Below the pieces are notes generated by a model. It made no database searches, was not told where the DNA came from, and saw only the letters and a program-made list of their open reading frames with translations. 64,000 nucleotides of DNA. Origin: an uncultured delta proteobacterium (GTDB lineage Bacteria > Desulfobacterota > Binatia > Binatales > Binataceae). Numbering within the stretch: position 1 is the stretch's first letter; every line of letters starts with the position of its first letter. Shown one piece after another: positions 28,984-37,943 of this stretch. The position numbers and the translations under genes were made by a program. The stretch spans positions 960,001-1,024,000 of the forward strand of contig CAVXXK010000001.1 of NCBI GenBank assembly GCA_963765675.1. Direction: 5' to 3'.

Positions 28984-29259
28984 CCGTACTGGGCCAGAAT
29001 CAACTGCTCAAAAATAGCTCACTCTATTAGTTACCCGGCTCGGAGCAACGCAACCTATCTACTATATCCAGATTAGCTTGTCTCGTTCAGCAGGCCAGTT
29101 TCCATCGATCAAGTTTTTTATGGCGAGCATAGTCACTTGGTGTTAGCCTTTTTAAGCGCAATCGGAAGTACCCGTGCGGCGTCATCATGATCCGACCGCG
29201 TTAGTTGGATGGCGATGCGCGGCTTAAACGAGGTTTCCAGGAGGAAACGGGGAAGAAGT

Positions 29260-29940
29260 ATGCGAAACAAATCCGTTACGTACTTGGTATGTGTGGCGAT
29301 CCTGTCGATGCTGGCAGGATGCTCCTCGATGACGCCGCAGCAACAGCATTACACCGAGGCAGGAGCAGCCGGGGGCGCGCTTATCGGGGGAGGACTCGGA
29401 TGCGGGGTCGCCGCGATCAATAACGTCCATTCGGCCGAAGGCTACGAGATCGGATGCCCAACTGGCGTAGGAATGGGAGCTTTGATCGGTGGCACAATCG
29501 GATACCTGATGGCTCCAAAGCAGGTACAGGCAGCGCCACCGCCTCCACCACCACCGCCACCCTCGCCGGCTCCACTGCCTCCGCCCCCTCCAGTCAGACA
29601 GAAGCTGATCTTGCGCGGAGTACACTTTGACTTTAACAAGTCGAACATTCGTCCCGCCGACGCCGCCGTCCTGGATGAAGCCGTGACCGCACTGAAGGCG
29701 AATTCGAATACCAGGGTCGACGTCAATGGCTATACCGACGCGATTGGCTCCGAAGAGTACAATCTGAAGCTGTCACAGCGGCGCGCCGACTCGGTTGCCA
29801 ATTATCTTGAACAGCAAGGTGTTCCTTCAAGCCAACTGGTTACGCAGGGTTTCGGTAAAACGAACTTCGTCGCAAGCAACTCGAGCGACGAAGGGCGCGC
29901 TCAGAACCGCCGCGTCGAACTGGTGCCCGAAGGACAGTAA
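29260..29940 (+). CDS. OmpA-family lipoprotein (Gly-zipper, Pro linker, peptidoglycan-binding domain)
   Basis: Lipobox LAGC; FDFNKS, GYTD, NLKLSQRRA and NRRVE. Confidence 0.92.
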   Translation: MRNKSVTYLVCVAILSMLAGCSSMTPQQQHYTEAGAAGGALIGGGLGCGVAAINNVHSAEGYEIGCPTGVGMGALIGGTIGYLMAPKQVQAAPPPPPPPPPSPAPLPPPPPVRQKLILRGVHFDFNKSNIRPADAAVLDEAVTALKANSNTRVDVNGYTDAIGSEEYNLKLSQRRADSVANYLEQQGVPSSQLVTQGFGKTNFVASNSSDEGRAQNRRVELVPEGQ

Positions 29941-29963
29941 GTCCGGCGACATCGTTGATCCGA

Positions 29964-30006
29964 GAACGGCCGCAGACCCAAACGGGCCTGCGGCCGTTCC
30001 TTTTCT
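29964..30006 (+). terminator. Rho-independent terminator
   Basis: Stem GAACGGCCGCAG / CTGCGGCCGTTC followed by CTTTTCT. Confidence 0.75.
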
Positions 30007-30052
30007 AAGCGCGATTCGGGTTTTCAGATCCGGTTTAATGCGCTAAAGACGG

Positions 30053-30862
30053 ATGATGGCGACGATGGATTACAGTTCATATCAGCATCTGCTTTTCGAG
30101 CGTAAGGGCGACGGGATTCTGCTCATCACGATCAATCGTCCCGACGTTCTTAACGCCACCAATAATCGGCTGCACTGGGAGCTCTCCCACGTATGGCTCG
30201 ATATCGCGCAGGATGACGAGACCCGTGTCGTGGTCATCACCGGCGCGGGGCGCGCGTTCTCGGCGGGCGGTGATCTTCAGATGATCGAAGGGATGGCGGG
30301 AGACGCCGCCAATATCGGCAAGGCGTTCAAGGAAGCCGGCGATATCGTTTACAACATGATCAACCTCGAAAAGCCGATCATCTCCGCGATCAATGGCGTC
30401 GCGGTCGGCGCTGGACTCGCGGTCGCTTTCATGGCCGATATCAGCATCGCGTCGGAGACGATGCGTATCACCGACGGCCATCTGCGCCTGGGCGTCGCGG
30501 CGGGAGATCACGCGGTGATCATCTGGCCGCTTCTGTGCGGGATGGCGAAGGCGAAATACTATCTGCTTACCGCCGATTTTATCGACGGCAAAGAAGCCGA
30601 GCGGATCGGCCTGGTCAGCCTGTGCGTGCCCCCGGACAAGTTGATGGACAAGGCAATGGAAGTCGCGCTGAAGCTGGCGCGCGGCCCTCAGCAGGCGGTC
30701 AAGTTCACCAAGCGGGCGCTCAACAACTGGTTGCATCTCGCGGCGCCGGCCTTCGACGCCTCGCTCGCGATGGAGATGCTCAATTTCTTCAGCGCTGACT
30801 TGAAGGAAGGCGTAAGCGCGATCCGCGAGAGACGTGCTCCAAAATTCCCCAGTACAAAGTAG
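30053..30862 (+). CDS. Enoyl-CoA hydratase/isomerase family protein
   Basis: FSAGGDL, KPIISAINGVAVGAG and EAERIGLV. Confidence 0.93.
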   Translation: MMATMDYSSYQHLLFERKGDGILLITINRPDVLNATNNRLHWELSHVWLDIAQDDETRVVVITGAGRAFSAGGDLQMIEGMAGDAANIGKAFKEAGDIVYNMINLEKPIISAINGVAVGAGLAVAFMADISIASETMRITDGHLRLGVAAGDHAVIIWPLLCGMAKAKYYLLTADFIDGKEAERIGLVSLCVPPDKLMDKAMEVALKLARGPQQAVKFTKRALNNWLHLAAPAFDASLAMEMLNFFSADLKEGVSAIRERRAPKFPSTK

Positions 30863-30869
30863 GCGAACG

Positions 30870-31892
30870 ATGAAGGCGTGTGTGTTCAAGGCGGCCGGCG
30901 CGCCGCTGGAAGTCGCCGAGGTTCCCGATCCCGTCGCAGGCCCCGGCGAGATTGTCGTGCGGGTCAAAAACTGCGGCGTATGCGGCTCCGATCTGCATGC
31001 AGCGAAATACGGCTTTCGAATGCCGCCCGGGACGATCATGGGCCATGAGTTTTCGGCTGTAGTCGATGAAATCGGCACGGGCGTCGCCGGCCTCGAGCGC
31101 GGCGACGCGGTGGTCGTGATGTCCTATCTCGCCTGCGGCATGTGCGATTCATGCAAGGGCGGAACGGGCGCTCAGTGCCGTGCGATGAGGCTGGTCGGCT
31201 TCGGCGACGTGGCGGGGGCCTACGCCGAGAAAATGAAAACTACGCCGCAAAGCGTCTTCAAGATGCCGCCCACGATGAATCATCGTCTCGGCGCGACGGT
31301 CGAGCCGCTGGTCGTCGGACTGCATGGGGTGCATCGCGCGGGGCTTCGCGCCGGCGAGTCGGTGGTGATCATGGGAGCCGGACCGATCGGTCTGGTCACT
31401 CTGCAATGGGCGAAATTTTCCGGCGCGCGCGCCATCGTCGTATCGGAAAGAGCGCCGGGCCGACGCGAGGTCGCGCTCAAGATGGGCGCGGACCTGGCGG
31501 TCGATCCGCGCGTCAAAAATCCTGCCTCAGAGCTCGCAAGGCTTACCGGACGTTCTGTCGGCGCCGACGTCGTGTTCGAGTGTATCGGCGCGGCGGGTAC
31601 CCTGGGCGAAGCGGTTTCCTATGCGCGCCGCGGAGGCAGAATCGTCGTGATTGGCGTGTGCATGGAAGAGGATAGCTGGGGACCGATTAGCGCAATGAAC
31701 AAGGAGCTCGATGTCCGCTTCAGCCTAGGGCTTGAGCCCGGCGAGATCGAAACCGCGATCGCGATGCTGGCGGCGGGGCGCGTCGATACCGCCGCGATGA
31801 TCACGAATATCGTCGCGATGCCGGACTTGCCGGCGGCATTTGCGGAGCTCGCGCGGCCAAGTACGCAGACCAAGGTGATGCTCGAGCTATAA
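30870..31892 (+). CDS. Zinc-dependent alcohol dehydrogenase (MDR family)
   Basis: CGSDLH, GHEF, CxxCxxC and GAGPIG. Confidence 0.93.
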   Translation: MKACVFKAAGAPLEVAEVPDPVAGPGEIVVRVKNCGVCGSDLHAAKYGFRMPPGTIMGHEFSAVVDEIGTGVAGLERGDAVVVMSYLACGMCDSCKGGTGAQCRAMRLVGFGDVAGAYAEKMKTTPQSVFKMPPTMNHRLGATVEPLVVGLHGVHRAGLRAGESVVIMGAGPIGLVTLQWAKFSGARAIVVSERAPGRREVALKMGADLAVDPRVKNPASELARLTGRSVGADVVFECIGAAGTLGEAVSYARRGGRIVVIGVCMEEDSWGPISAMNKELDVRFSLGLEPGEIETAIAMLAAGRVDTAAMITNIVAMPDLPAAFAELARPSTQTKVMLEL

Positions 31893-31984
31893 GAATACGT
31901 GTGCGAGGGGCTTTTTTTGCGGGGGTCACTTCTGGAATAATGCCGGCTAACCGATTTACGCGCGAAATAACGGAGGGGACTGTA

Positions 31985-32314
31985 ATGAGGAAATTTGCGA
32001 TTGTAGCTGCGTCGGCGATGCTCGGGATTGCGATGGCGTTTTCCGCCTCGATTCCTGCCTATGCCGCCAGCAAAGTGGACTGCGACGCCGTGATGCAGTC
32101 GCTTAACTCCGGCAAGCATGCCAAGGATGTCGCTACCGAGATGAGCATCTCGGTCTCGAGCGTCTATCGCTGCAAGCGGCACGCAAAAGCCGCCGCCAAG
32201 GCCGAGACCAAGGCCCAGGGCAAGGGCAGTGGCGCACAAGCCGCCGTGCAGAATAACGCGACGGGCGGAGGAGCGATGGCAGCTCCGTCGGCTGCGTCTT
32301 CAGCGGCTCACTGA
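31985..32314 (+). CDS. Small secreted protein with HTH-like core
   Basis: Strong RBS GGAGGGG; signal peptide ending AYA-A; core CDAVMQSLNSGKHAKDVATEMSISVSSVYRC. Confidence 0.75.
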   Translation: MRKFAIVAASAMLGIAMAFSASIPAYAASKVDCDAVMQSLNSGKHAKDVATEMSISVSSVYRCKRHAKAAAKAETKAQGKGSGAQAAVQNNATGGGAMAAPSAASSAAH

Positions 32315-32386
32315 CCAGATTCGAATACGCTCCGCGGGTTTATTTGAGCGCCCGCGGGGCGTGACTTCCATTCAGGCGCCAGTCTG

Positions 32387-32680
32387 ATGCCCAAGTGCGA
32401 GCTTTGCGAGCTGCGTGATTACACGCAGCGTTACTGCCAGTTTGTCCATCCGTTCAAGTTCGCGATTCTCGATTGCGATTCCTGCGACACACCGATGGCC
32501 GTGCTCGGGGACCATCGTGTCGCCCCGTCCGATGAGGAGCGCGCTTTCATGATCGAGGCGCTCTCGCTGGTCGCGCGGACGAAGTACGGTGAAGATAGAT
32601 TCATCATCGACGGTGTAATGCGCCAAATTCCGGACCATTGCCATATCCACGCGCGCCCGATCATGCGCTTTGGCGACTAA
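32387..32680 (+). CDS. Small HIT-like metal-binding hypothetical protein
   Basis: CELC, CDSC and HCHIH (HxHxH) motifs. Confidence 0.65.
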   Translation: MPKCELCELRDYTQRYCQFVHPFKFAILDCDSCDTPMAVLGDHRVAPSDEERAFMIEALSLVARTKYGEDRFIIDGVMRQIPDHCHIHARPIMRFGD

Positions 32681-32907
32681 TCGGCACCTGCTGTCACAGC
32701 AAATCCTCCTACAGCGTGTAGGGCGATCTCGCTCTGCGCCGAGCCACTGCGGCTCGGAATAAGCAATCACGGCTTTTTGGACCGTTTGGTGTGCGGGCCG
32801 CCATATGGTATATGCGCGCCGTTACGTTGCGTCGCCTGGGGAGGCGCCGCAACCCCCAGAGTCATTGGCTTTTTTTGCTCGAGGGGTTCTTCAGGAGGTA
32901 CGGGGGA

Positions 32908-33111
32908 ATGCCTACCGGCACGGTTAAGTGGTTTAGTCCGAAAAAGGGCTACGGTTTCATCACGATGGAGGACGGACAGGAAGTGTTCGTCCACTACAGC
33001 GCTATCGACGGCAACGGCTTTCGTTCGCTCGAACAGGGCGAACGGGTGCAGTTCGAGGTGGCGCAAGGTCCCAAGGGGCTGCAAGCCTCGGCTGTGAGCC
33101 GCGCCGCGTAA
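32908..33111 (+). CDS. Cold-shock protein
   Basis: GTVKWF, KGYGFI and VFVHYS; RBS AGGAGG. Confidence 0.96.
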   Translation: MPTGTVKWFSPKKGYGFITMEDGQEVFVHYSAIDGNGFRSLEQGERVQFEVAQGPKGLQASAVSRAA

Positions 33112-33282
33112 GCGGCCGGCAAGCAGCATCACGCCATCAAGAGGGGATGCGCTCCGGGTTTTATTGCCTGGCGCGCATCGCCCTGTCCAAAACTCCGCGC
33201 GTCGAGCTGGTTTGGGTTTATCCCAAACTCGATTCGCGCTATTTGATGAGCCGAACGTATTTCTTGCTTGAGGGAAGCCGCG

Positions 33283-34230
33283 ATGAGTAATGCGCTGCCG
33301 GTCGGTGACCGGATCAGATTCGGAGTGTCGGCCGGGGTCGGAAACGCGGAACAGGCGCGGCACATGCTCGACGAAATCGCGCGATGGGGCTACGACATCG
33401 TATGGGCGGGCGATCACGTCGCATTCACCGGACCGATCAGCGATCCGTTTATCCAGTTGAGCTACTTCTCCGCGTTGCGTCCGGAGCTCACTTACGGCAC
33501 CAGCATCTACCTGCTCCCGCTGCGCAATCCGACCACGGTCGCCAAGATGGTGGCGACGCTCGATCGGATGCTCGGCGCCGGCCACTTCATCTTCGGCATC
33601 GGAGTCGGCGGAGAATTCCCGCCCGAGTTCGAGGCGTGCGGCGTTGCGGTCAAGCAGCGCGGCGGACGCACCAACGAGGCGATACAGCTAATCAAGCGGC
33701 TATGGACCGAAGATCGCGTCGAGCATCGTGGCAAGTATTTCAGCTTCGGCGCGATCAAAATGGAGCCCAAGCCTGCGACTCCCGGCGGTCCGCCGATTTG
33801 GGTCGGAGGACGTGCCGAGGCCGCGCTCAAGCGCGCCGCATTATACGGCGACGGTTGGATGCCTTACGTCGTGACGCCTAAGCGCGTGAGCGACGGGCTC
33901 GAGTTTATCGCGCGCGAGGCTGAACGTGCCCGGCGCAAGATCACCAACTTCGGAACCTGCGTGCATCTGTTCTGCACTCTCGGCGCGACGTACGAAGCTG
34001 CGCTCGACGTATCCGCCGAGCATCTGAGCAAGCGCTATGCGATGGACTTCCGCGAGCCGGCCAAGCGCTACGCCGCGCTCGGCACCCCGGCGGACGTTGC
34101 GGCGCGCGTCGGCGAGTTCATCAAGGCGGGAGTGCGCGATATCGGAATCGACGCGATATGCCATCCGCGCGATCGTTCGGCGCAGCTCGATCAGTTTGCG
34201 CGCGAGGTCATTCCGCTCGTCAGGAAGTAG
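33283..34230 (+). CDS. LLM-class (luciferase-like) flavin/F420-dependent oxidoreductase
   Basis: GDHV, LRNP...AKMVATLD, PPIWVGG and GDGW. Confidence 0.9.
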   Translation: MSNALPVGDRIRFGVSAGVGNAEQARHMLDEIARWGYDIVWAGDHVAFTGPISDPFIQLSYFSALRPELTYGTSIYLLPLRNPTTVAKMVATLDRMLGAGHFIFGIGVGGEFPPEFEACGVAVKQRGGRTNEAIQLIKRLWTEDRVEHRGKYFSFGAIKMEPKPATPGGPPIWVGGRAEAALKRAALYGDGWMPYVVTPKRVSDGLEFIAREAERARRKITNFGTCVHLFCTLGATYEAALDVSAEHLSKRYAMDFREPAKRYAALGTPADVAARVGEFIKAGVRDIGIDAICHPRDRSAQLDQFAREVIPLVRK

Positions 34231-34876
34231 TGCGCTGCCACGTTCGCCGGAAGCGCCCATCGTGAAGCCGCGGCCACACCGGCTTGCGGTAGGGGCGCTT
34301 GAACCCGTCAGCGGGATAGCCGATCGGAACCAGCGCAATCAGCTGATAATCTTCGGGCACGCCGAGTAGCGCCTTGGTCTCCGCCTCACGCGGCGACAGC
34401 ATCGTGGTCATCGCGGTCCCGATTCCAAGCGCCCGCGCCGCCAGCATCATCAGCTCGATCGCGGGAAAGATCGATCCATAGGTCGCGCCGAAGTTGGACA
34501 GGTCCTCGGGCGAGCCGCGCACGACGCGCATCTTGGGACGATCAAGAAAGATCACGATATGCGCGGGCACGATCGCGAGCGCGGCGGCGAACTCGTCGCC
34601 GACTGCGAGCGCCTTTTGCGCGCGTGGCGACAGCGTCTTGCGTCCGCGGATAATCGCGCTCTCCTTGTACGGCTCCCATGACGCCCGGTACATCTTCTGG
34701 ATTTCGCGCCGCGCCTCAGCCTCGCGCACGATCACGAATTCCCACGGCTGCGCGTTCGAGCCCGAGGGCGCCATGTTGGCGGTCTCGAGCACGCGTTCGA
34801 GATCGCGTTGTTCGATAGGACGTGGCGAAAATCGCCGCACGGTCGGAGTGCTGTTTGCTACGTCAAAAAAGTCCAT
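34220..34876 (-). CDS. Nitroreductase family protein
   Basis: VRRF, APSGSNAQPWEF, LAARALGIG and IGYP. Confidence 0.9.
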   Translation of the reverse strand: MDFFDVANSTPTVRRFSPRPIEQRDLERVLETANMAPSGSNAQPWEFVIVREAEARREIQKMYRASWEPYKESAIIRGRKTLSPRAQKALAVGDEFAAALAIVPAHIVIFLDRPKMRVVRGSPEDLSNFGATYGSIFPAIELMMLAARALGIGTAMTTMLSPREAETKALLGVPEDYQLIALVPIGYPADGFKRPYRKPVWPRLHDGRFRRTWQRTTS

Positions 34877-34897
34877 TACAGCTCGTGGCCTCCGCGC

Positions 34898-35971
34898 TTA
34901 TTCCAGTTCGAGCGGCAGCGCGCCCCGCTCGAAGACGCGTCCGACGATCGCCGCGTCGGGATAGCCCGCGCGATGCAGCGCGGCCAGCAAATCTGTCGCC
35001 TGCCCCTCGGGCAGCGCGATAAGCAGCCCGCCCGAGGTCTGCGGATCAAACGCGAGCGACGCCATCACGTCGGAAACCTCGTCATGAATCTTGACCATCG
35101 GTTCGTAGAATTCGCGATTGCGCGCTCCGCCTCCCGGAATCATTCCGGCGCGGCAGAGCTCGATCGCGCCGGGCAGCAGCGGCAGATCCGATTCCTCGAA
35201 AATCATCGTGACGGCACTGCCGAGCGCCATTTTCGATGCGTGGCCCAAAAGTCCGAAGCCAGTGATGTCGGTCGCCGCGTGAACTTCGTACTCGAGCATC
35301 GCGGCCGCCGCGCCCGCGTTCAGTTGCGCCATCACTTTGACCGCGGCCTCGTACTGATCGGCAGGCAACGCGTCGCGTTTGAACGCGGTCATCAGAATTC
35401 CGGTTCCGAGCGGCTTGGCGAGGACGAGCGCGTCACCGGCCTTGGCGCCAACGTTGCGAATTATCCGGCTTGGATCGATTACGCCGGTTATCGCCATCCC
35501 GAATTTCACTTCCTCATCGGCAACGCTATGCCCGCCCACCACGACGGCGCCGGCCTCGCGCACTTTGTCGGAGCCCCCGCGCAGAATCTCCGCCAGCATC
35601 GCGCCCGGCATCCCGGATTGCGGCCAGCACACGATATTGAGCGCGCTGATCGGACGCCCGCCCATCGCATAGACGTCGCTCAGCGCGTTGGCCGCGGAAA
35701 TCTGTCCGTAGGTGTATGGATCGTCAACCACCGGAGTAAAAAAATCCACTGTGTTGACGATCGCCAGATTGTCGCTCAAACGGAACACTCCGGCGTCGTC
35801 GCCGGTCGAGATTCCAACCAGCAAATCGGGATGGCTCGGCAGTTCGAGCATCGCAAGTGTGGCCGCCAGATCCGCCGGACCCAGCTTGCCGGCTCAACCT
35901 GCTGCCTTGCACCGCGCCGTCAGGCGAATGATGTCGTCGCGTGACGGATTATTATCCTTCGTCTCGGGCAT
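34898..35971 (-). CDS. selD: Selenide, water dikinase (selenophosphate synthetase); selenoprotein with in-frame UGA at codon 26
   Basis: MPETK...IRLTARCKAAG-U-AGK in frame with DDAGV, TVDFFTP, NALSDVYAMGG, DITGFGL and DPQTSGGLL; TGA at 35896-35894. Confidence 0.93.
35862..35893 (-). promoter_or_regulatory. Candidate bacterial SECIS element
   Basis: Immediately 3' of the UGA: GCCG-GCAAG-CUGGGUCC-GGC-GGAUCUGG-CGGC, a stem-loop with a G-containing loop. Confidence 0.6.
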
Positions 35972-36004
35972 CGGTCACATTGTCGTCTTTTTGCGTGCGC
36001 GATG

Positions 36005-37936
36005 TCATTCCGCGCGCGAGCGCAAACGGCGTGCGTCGCCGATTCGGGTGGTCACGCCGCTGTGATCGAAATAATCGAGCAGCGCGATCGCGAACTTGCG
36101 CGAGGCGCCCAGCAGATCGCGATAGGTTGCCGCGGTAATTTCAGGATTCTTCGCCAGATGTTCGACCAGAATCGCGCGCGCGCTATCAATCGCGCCGCGG
36201 GTGAAATACAGATCGGTCGCGATTTTGACGATCCGCCCCTCGCGCTCGAGCGCCGCCGCGATCGTGCGCATCGGCGCGAGCGCCGTCGGCGGGAGTTTTA
36301 ATTCGAGCGCGAGCTGAGTCAGGTCGGGCGGCTGATAGCGCGCGACCGCGAGCGCCTGCTCGATCTGCCCGCCGAGCTTGCCCGCCGCGCCGCCCAGATG
36401 CACTTGATGCGAAGCAAGGTGCAGCATGCTGTCGTCGCGCACGATTCCGGTTTCGCGCGCTAGCCGATCGACGATGGAACGAAACGCGCGAGCACTTACC
36501 TCCCACGGCAGCCGCGAGCGTAGCGCTTCCATCTCGAGCCCGGGCGCGAGCGGCTCGGCCGCGTGATGCGCCGTCAGGGCGGCGATCGCGAAACGTCCGA
36601 GCGCGTCCCACTTCGCGGCGGTGGTGAAGCCCTCCTCGTCGCCCATCGAAAGCTTGATGAAGCGCGCGTCCTTCAGCGCCGCTGCGATCTCCTTCTGCGG
36701 CGCGTTGAGCAGTTGCTGGGCTCGCAGCGCGCTGAGCGCAAGGCTCTCCTGCAAATCGATCAGCGCTTCGAGCGCGGCGGCCCCGGCGCCGTCGCGCAGA
36801 ATCGCGAGGTTCGCCCGGTAGCGCTCGAGCGGCTTGCGCGCGCGGCGGCCGAGCGGGTTGAGCACCACGCCGCCTCCGAGAGTGCGCATATTGGTTTCGT
36901 CGCGGATTACAAAGCGGTCGCCGCCCAGCGCGACGATCGGATCGTCGGTGACAATCTGGACCAGGCATCGCTCCTTGGGCGCGATCGCGGTTCTGTCTTC
37001 GAGCAGAATTGCGCGGCCGATCGTCTCCGCCGTGCCGATATACAGCCGCAGACGCGAGTTCGCGCGCAGCGGACGTTTTGCGGCGGGCCGAATCTCGAGC
37101 GACGCGTCAAAGCGCGTGGTCGCGAAGTCGAGCTTCTCGTCAGCGAGCACCAGCCCACGCTTGAGCTCGATTCGCTCGGCGCCCGCGAGGTTGAGCGCCA
37201 CGCGCTGGCATCGCCCTGCGCGCTCGACCGGCTCGGAGTGCATCTGCACCGCGCGCACGCGCACCTCGTCGCCGGCGGGCAGCACGCGAAGTTTCTGGCC
37301 GACCCGAACCTCGGCGCCAATCGCGGTGCCGGTCACGACCGCGCCGTGCCCTTTGATCGCGAATGATCGATCGATCGGCAGCCGGAAAATTCCGGTCGCG
37401 CGCCGTCCCTCGAAGCCTTCGAGCTGGCGGACGATCTCGGCGCGCAGCTCGTCGATCCCGACGCCGGTTTGCGATGAGACCATGATCACCGGCGCGCTTT
37501 CGAGCGTGGTGCCCTCGGCGAGCAACTCGATCTCGTCGCGAACCTCGCTGATTCGCGCGGCGTCGGCAAGATCGGATTTCGTGATCACGAAAATTCCTCG
37601 GCGCGTGCCGAGCAGATGCAGGATGTCCAGATGCTCTTCGCTCTGCGGCATCACGCCGTCATCGGCCGCAATCGTGAACAGCACCAGGTCGATACCGTGC
37701 GCGCCGGCCAACATGTTGCGGATGAAGCGCTCGTGCCCCGGCACGTCGACCACACCCGCGCGCGTGCCGTCCGGCAGCATGAAATAGGCGAACCCAAGCT
37801 CGATCGAGATGCCGCGCTCGCGCTCTTCTTTCAGGCGGTCGGTTTCCTGGCCGGTCAGCACGCGAACCAGCGCGGTCTTGCCATGATCGATATGGCCGGC
37901 GGTGCCAAGAATCGCGTGTGTAACTTGCGGCGGCAT
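36005..37936 (-). CDS. selB: Selenocysteine-specific elongation factor
   Basis: GTAGHIDHGKT, EERERGISIELGF, DVPGHE and C-terminal winged helix SRKFAIALLDYFD. Confidence 0.96.
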   Translation of the reverse strand: MPPQVTHAILGTAGHIDHGKTALVRVLTGQETDRLKEERERGISIELGFAYFMLPDGTRAGVVDVPGHERFIRNMLAGAHGIDLVLFTIAADDGVMPQSEEHLDILHLLGTRRGIFVITKSDLADAARISEVRDEIELLAEGTTLESAPVIMVSSQTGVGIDELRAEIVRQLEGFEGRRATGIFRLPIDRSFAIKGHGAVVTGTAIGAEVRVGQKLRVLPAGDEVRVRAVQMHSEPVERAGRCQRVALNLAGAERIELKRGLVLADEKLDFATTRFDASLEIRPAAKRPLRANSRLRLYIGTAETIGRAILLEDRTAIAPKERCLVQIVTDDPIVALGGDRFVIRDETNMRTLGGGVVLNPLGRRARKPLERYRANLAILRDGAGAAALEALIDLQESLALSALRAQQLLNAPQKEIAAALKDARFIKLSMGDEEGFTTAAKWDALGRFAIAALTAHHAAEPLAPGLEMEALRSRLPWEVSARAFRSIVDRLARETGIVRDDSMLHLASHQVHLGGAAGKLGGQIEQALAVARYQPPDLTQLALELKLPPTALAPMRTIAAALEREGRIVKIATDLYFTRGAIDSARAILVEHLAKNPEITAATYRDLLGASRKFAIALLDYFDHSGVTTRIGDARRLRSRAE

Positions 37937-37943
37937 CGTCTTT

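Noticed and set aside
34898-35971. selD as a nonsense pseudogene
   Set aside because: The TGA falls exactly at the catalytic Cys/Sec position, with a hairpin downstream and selB adjacent.
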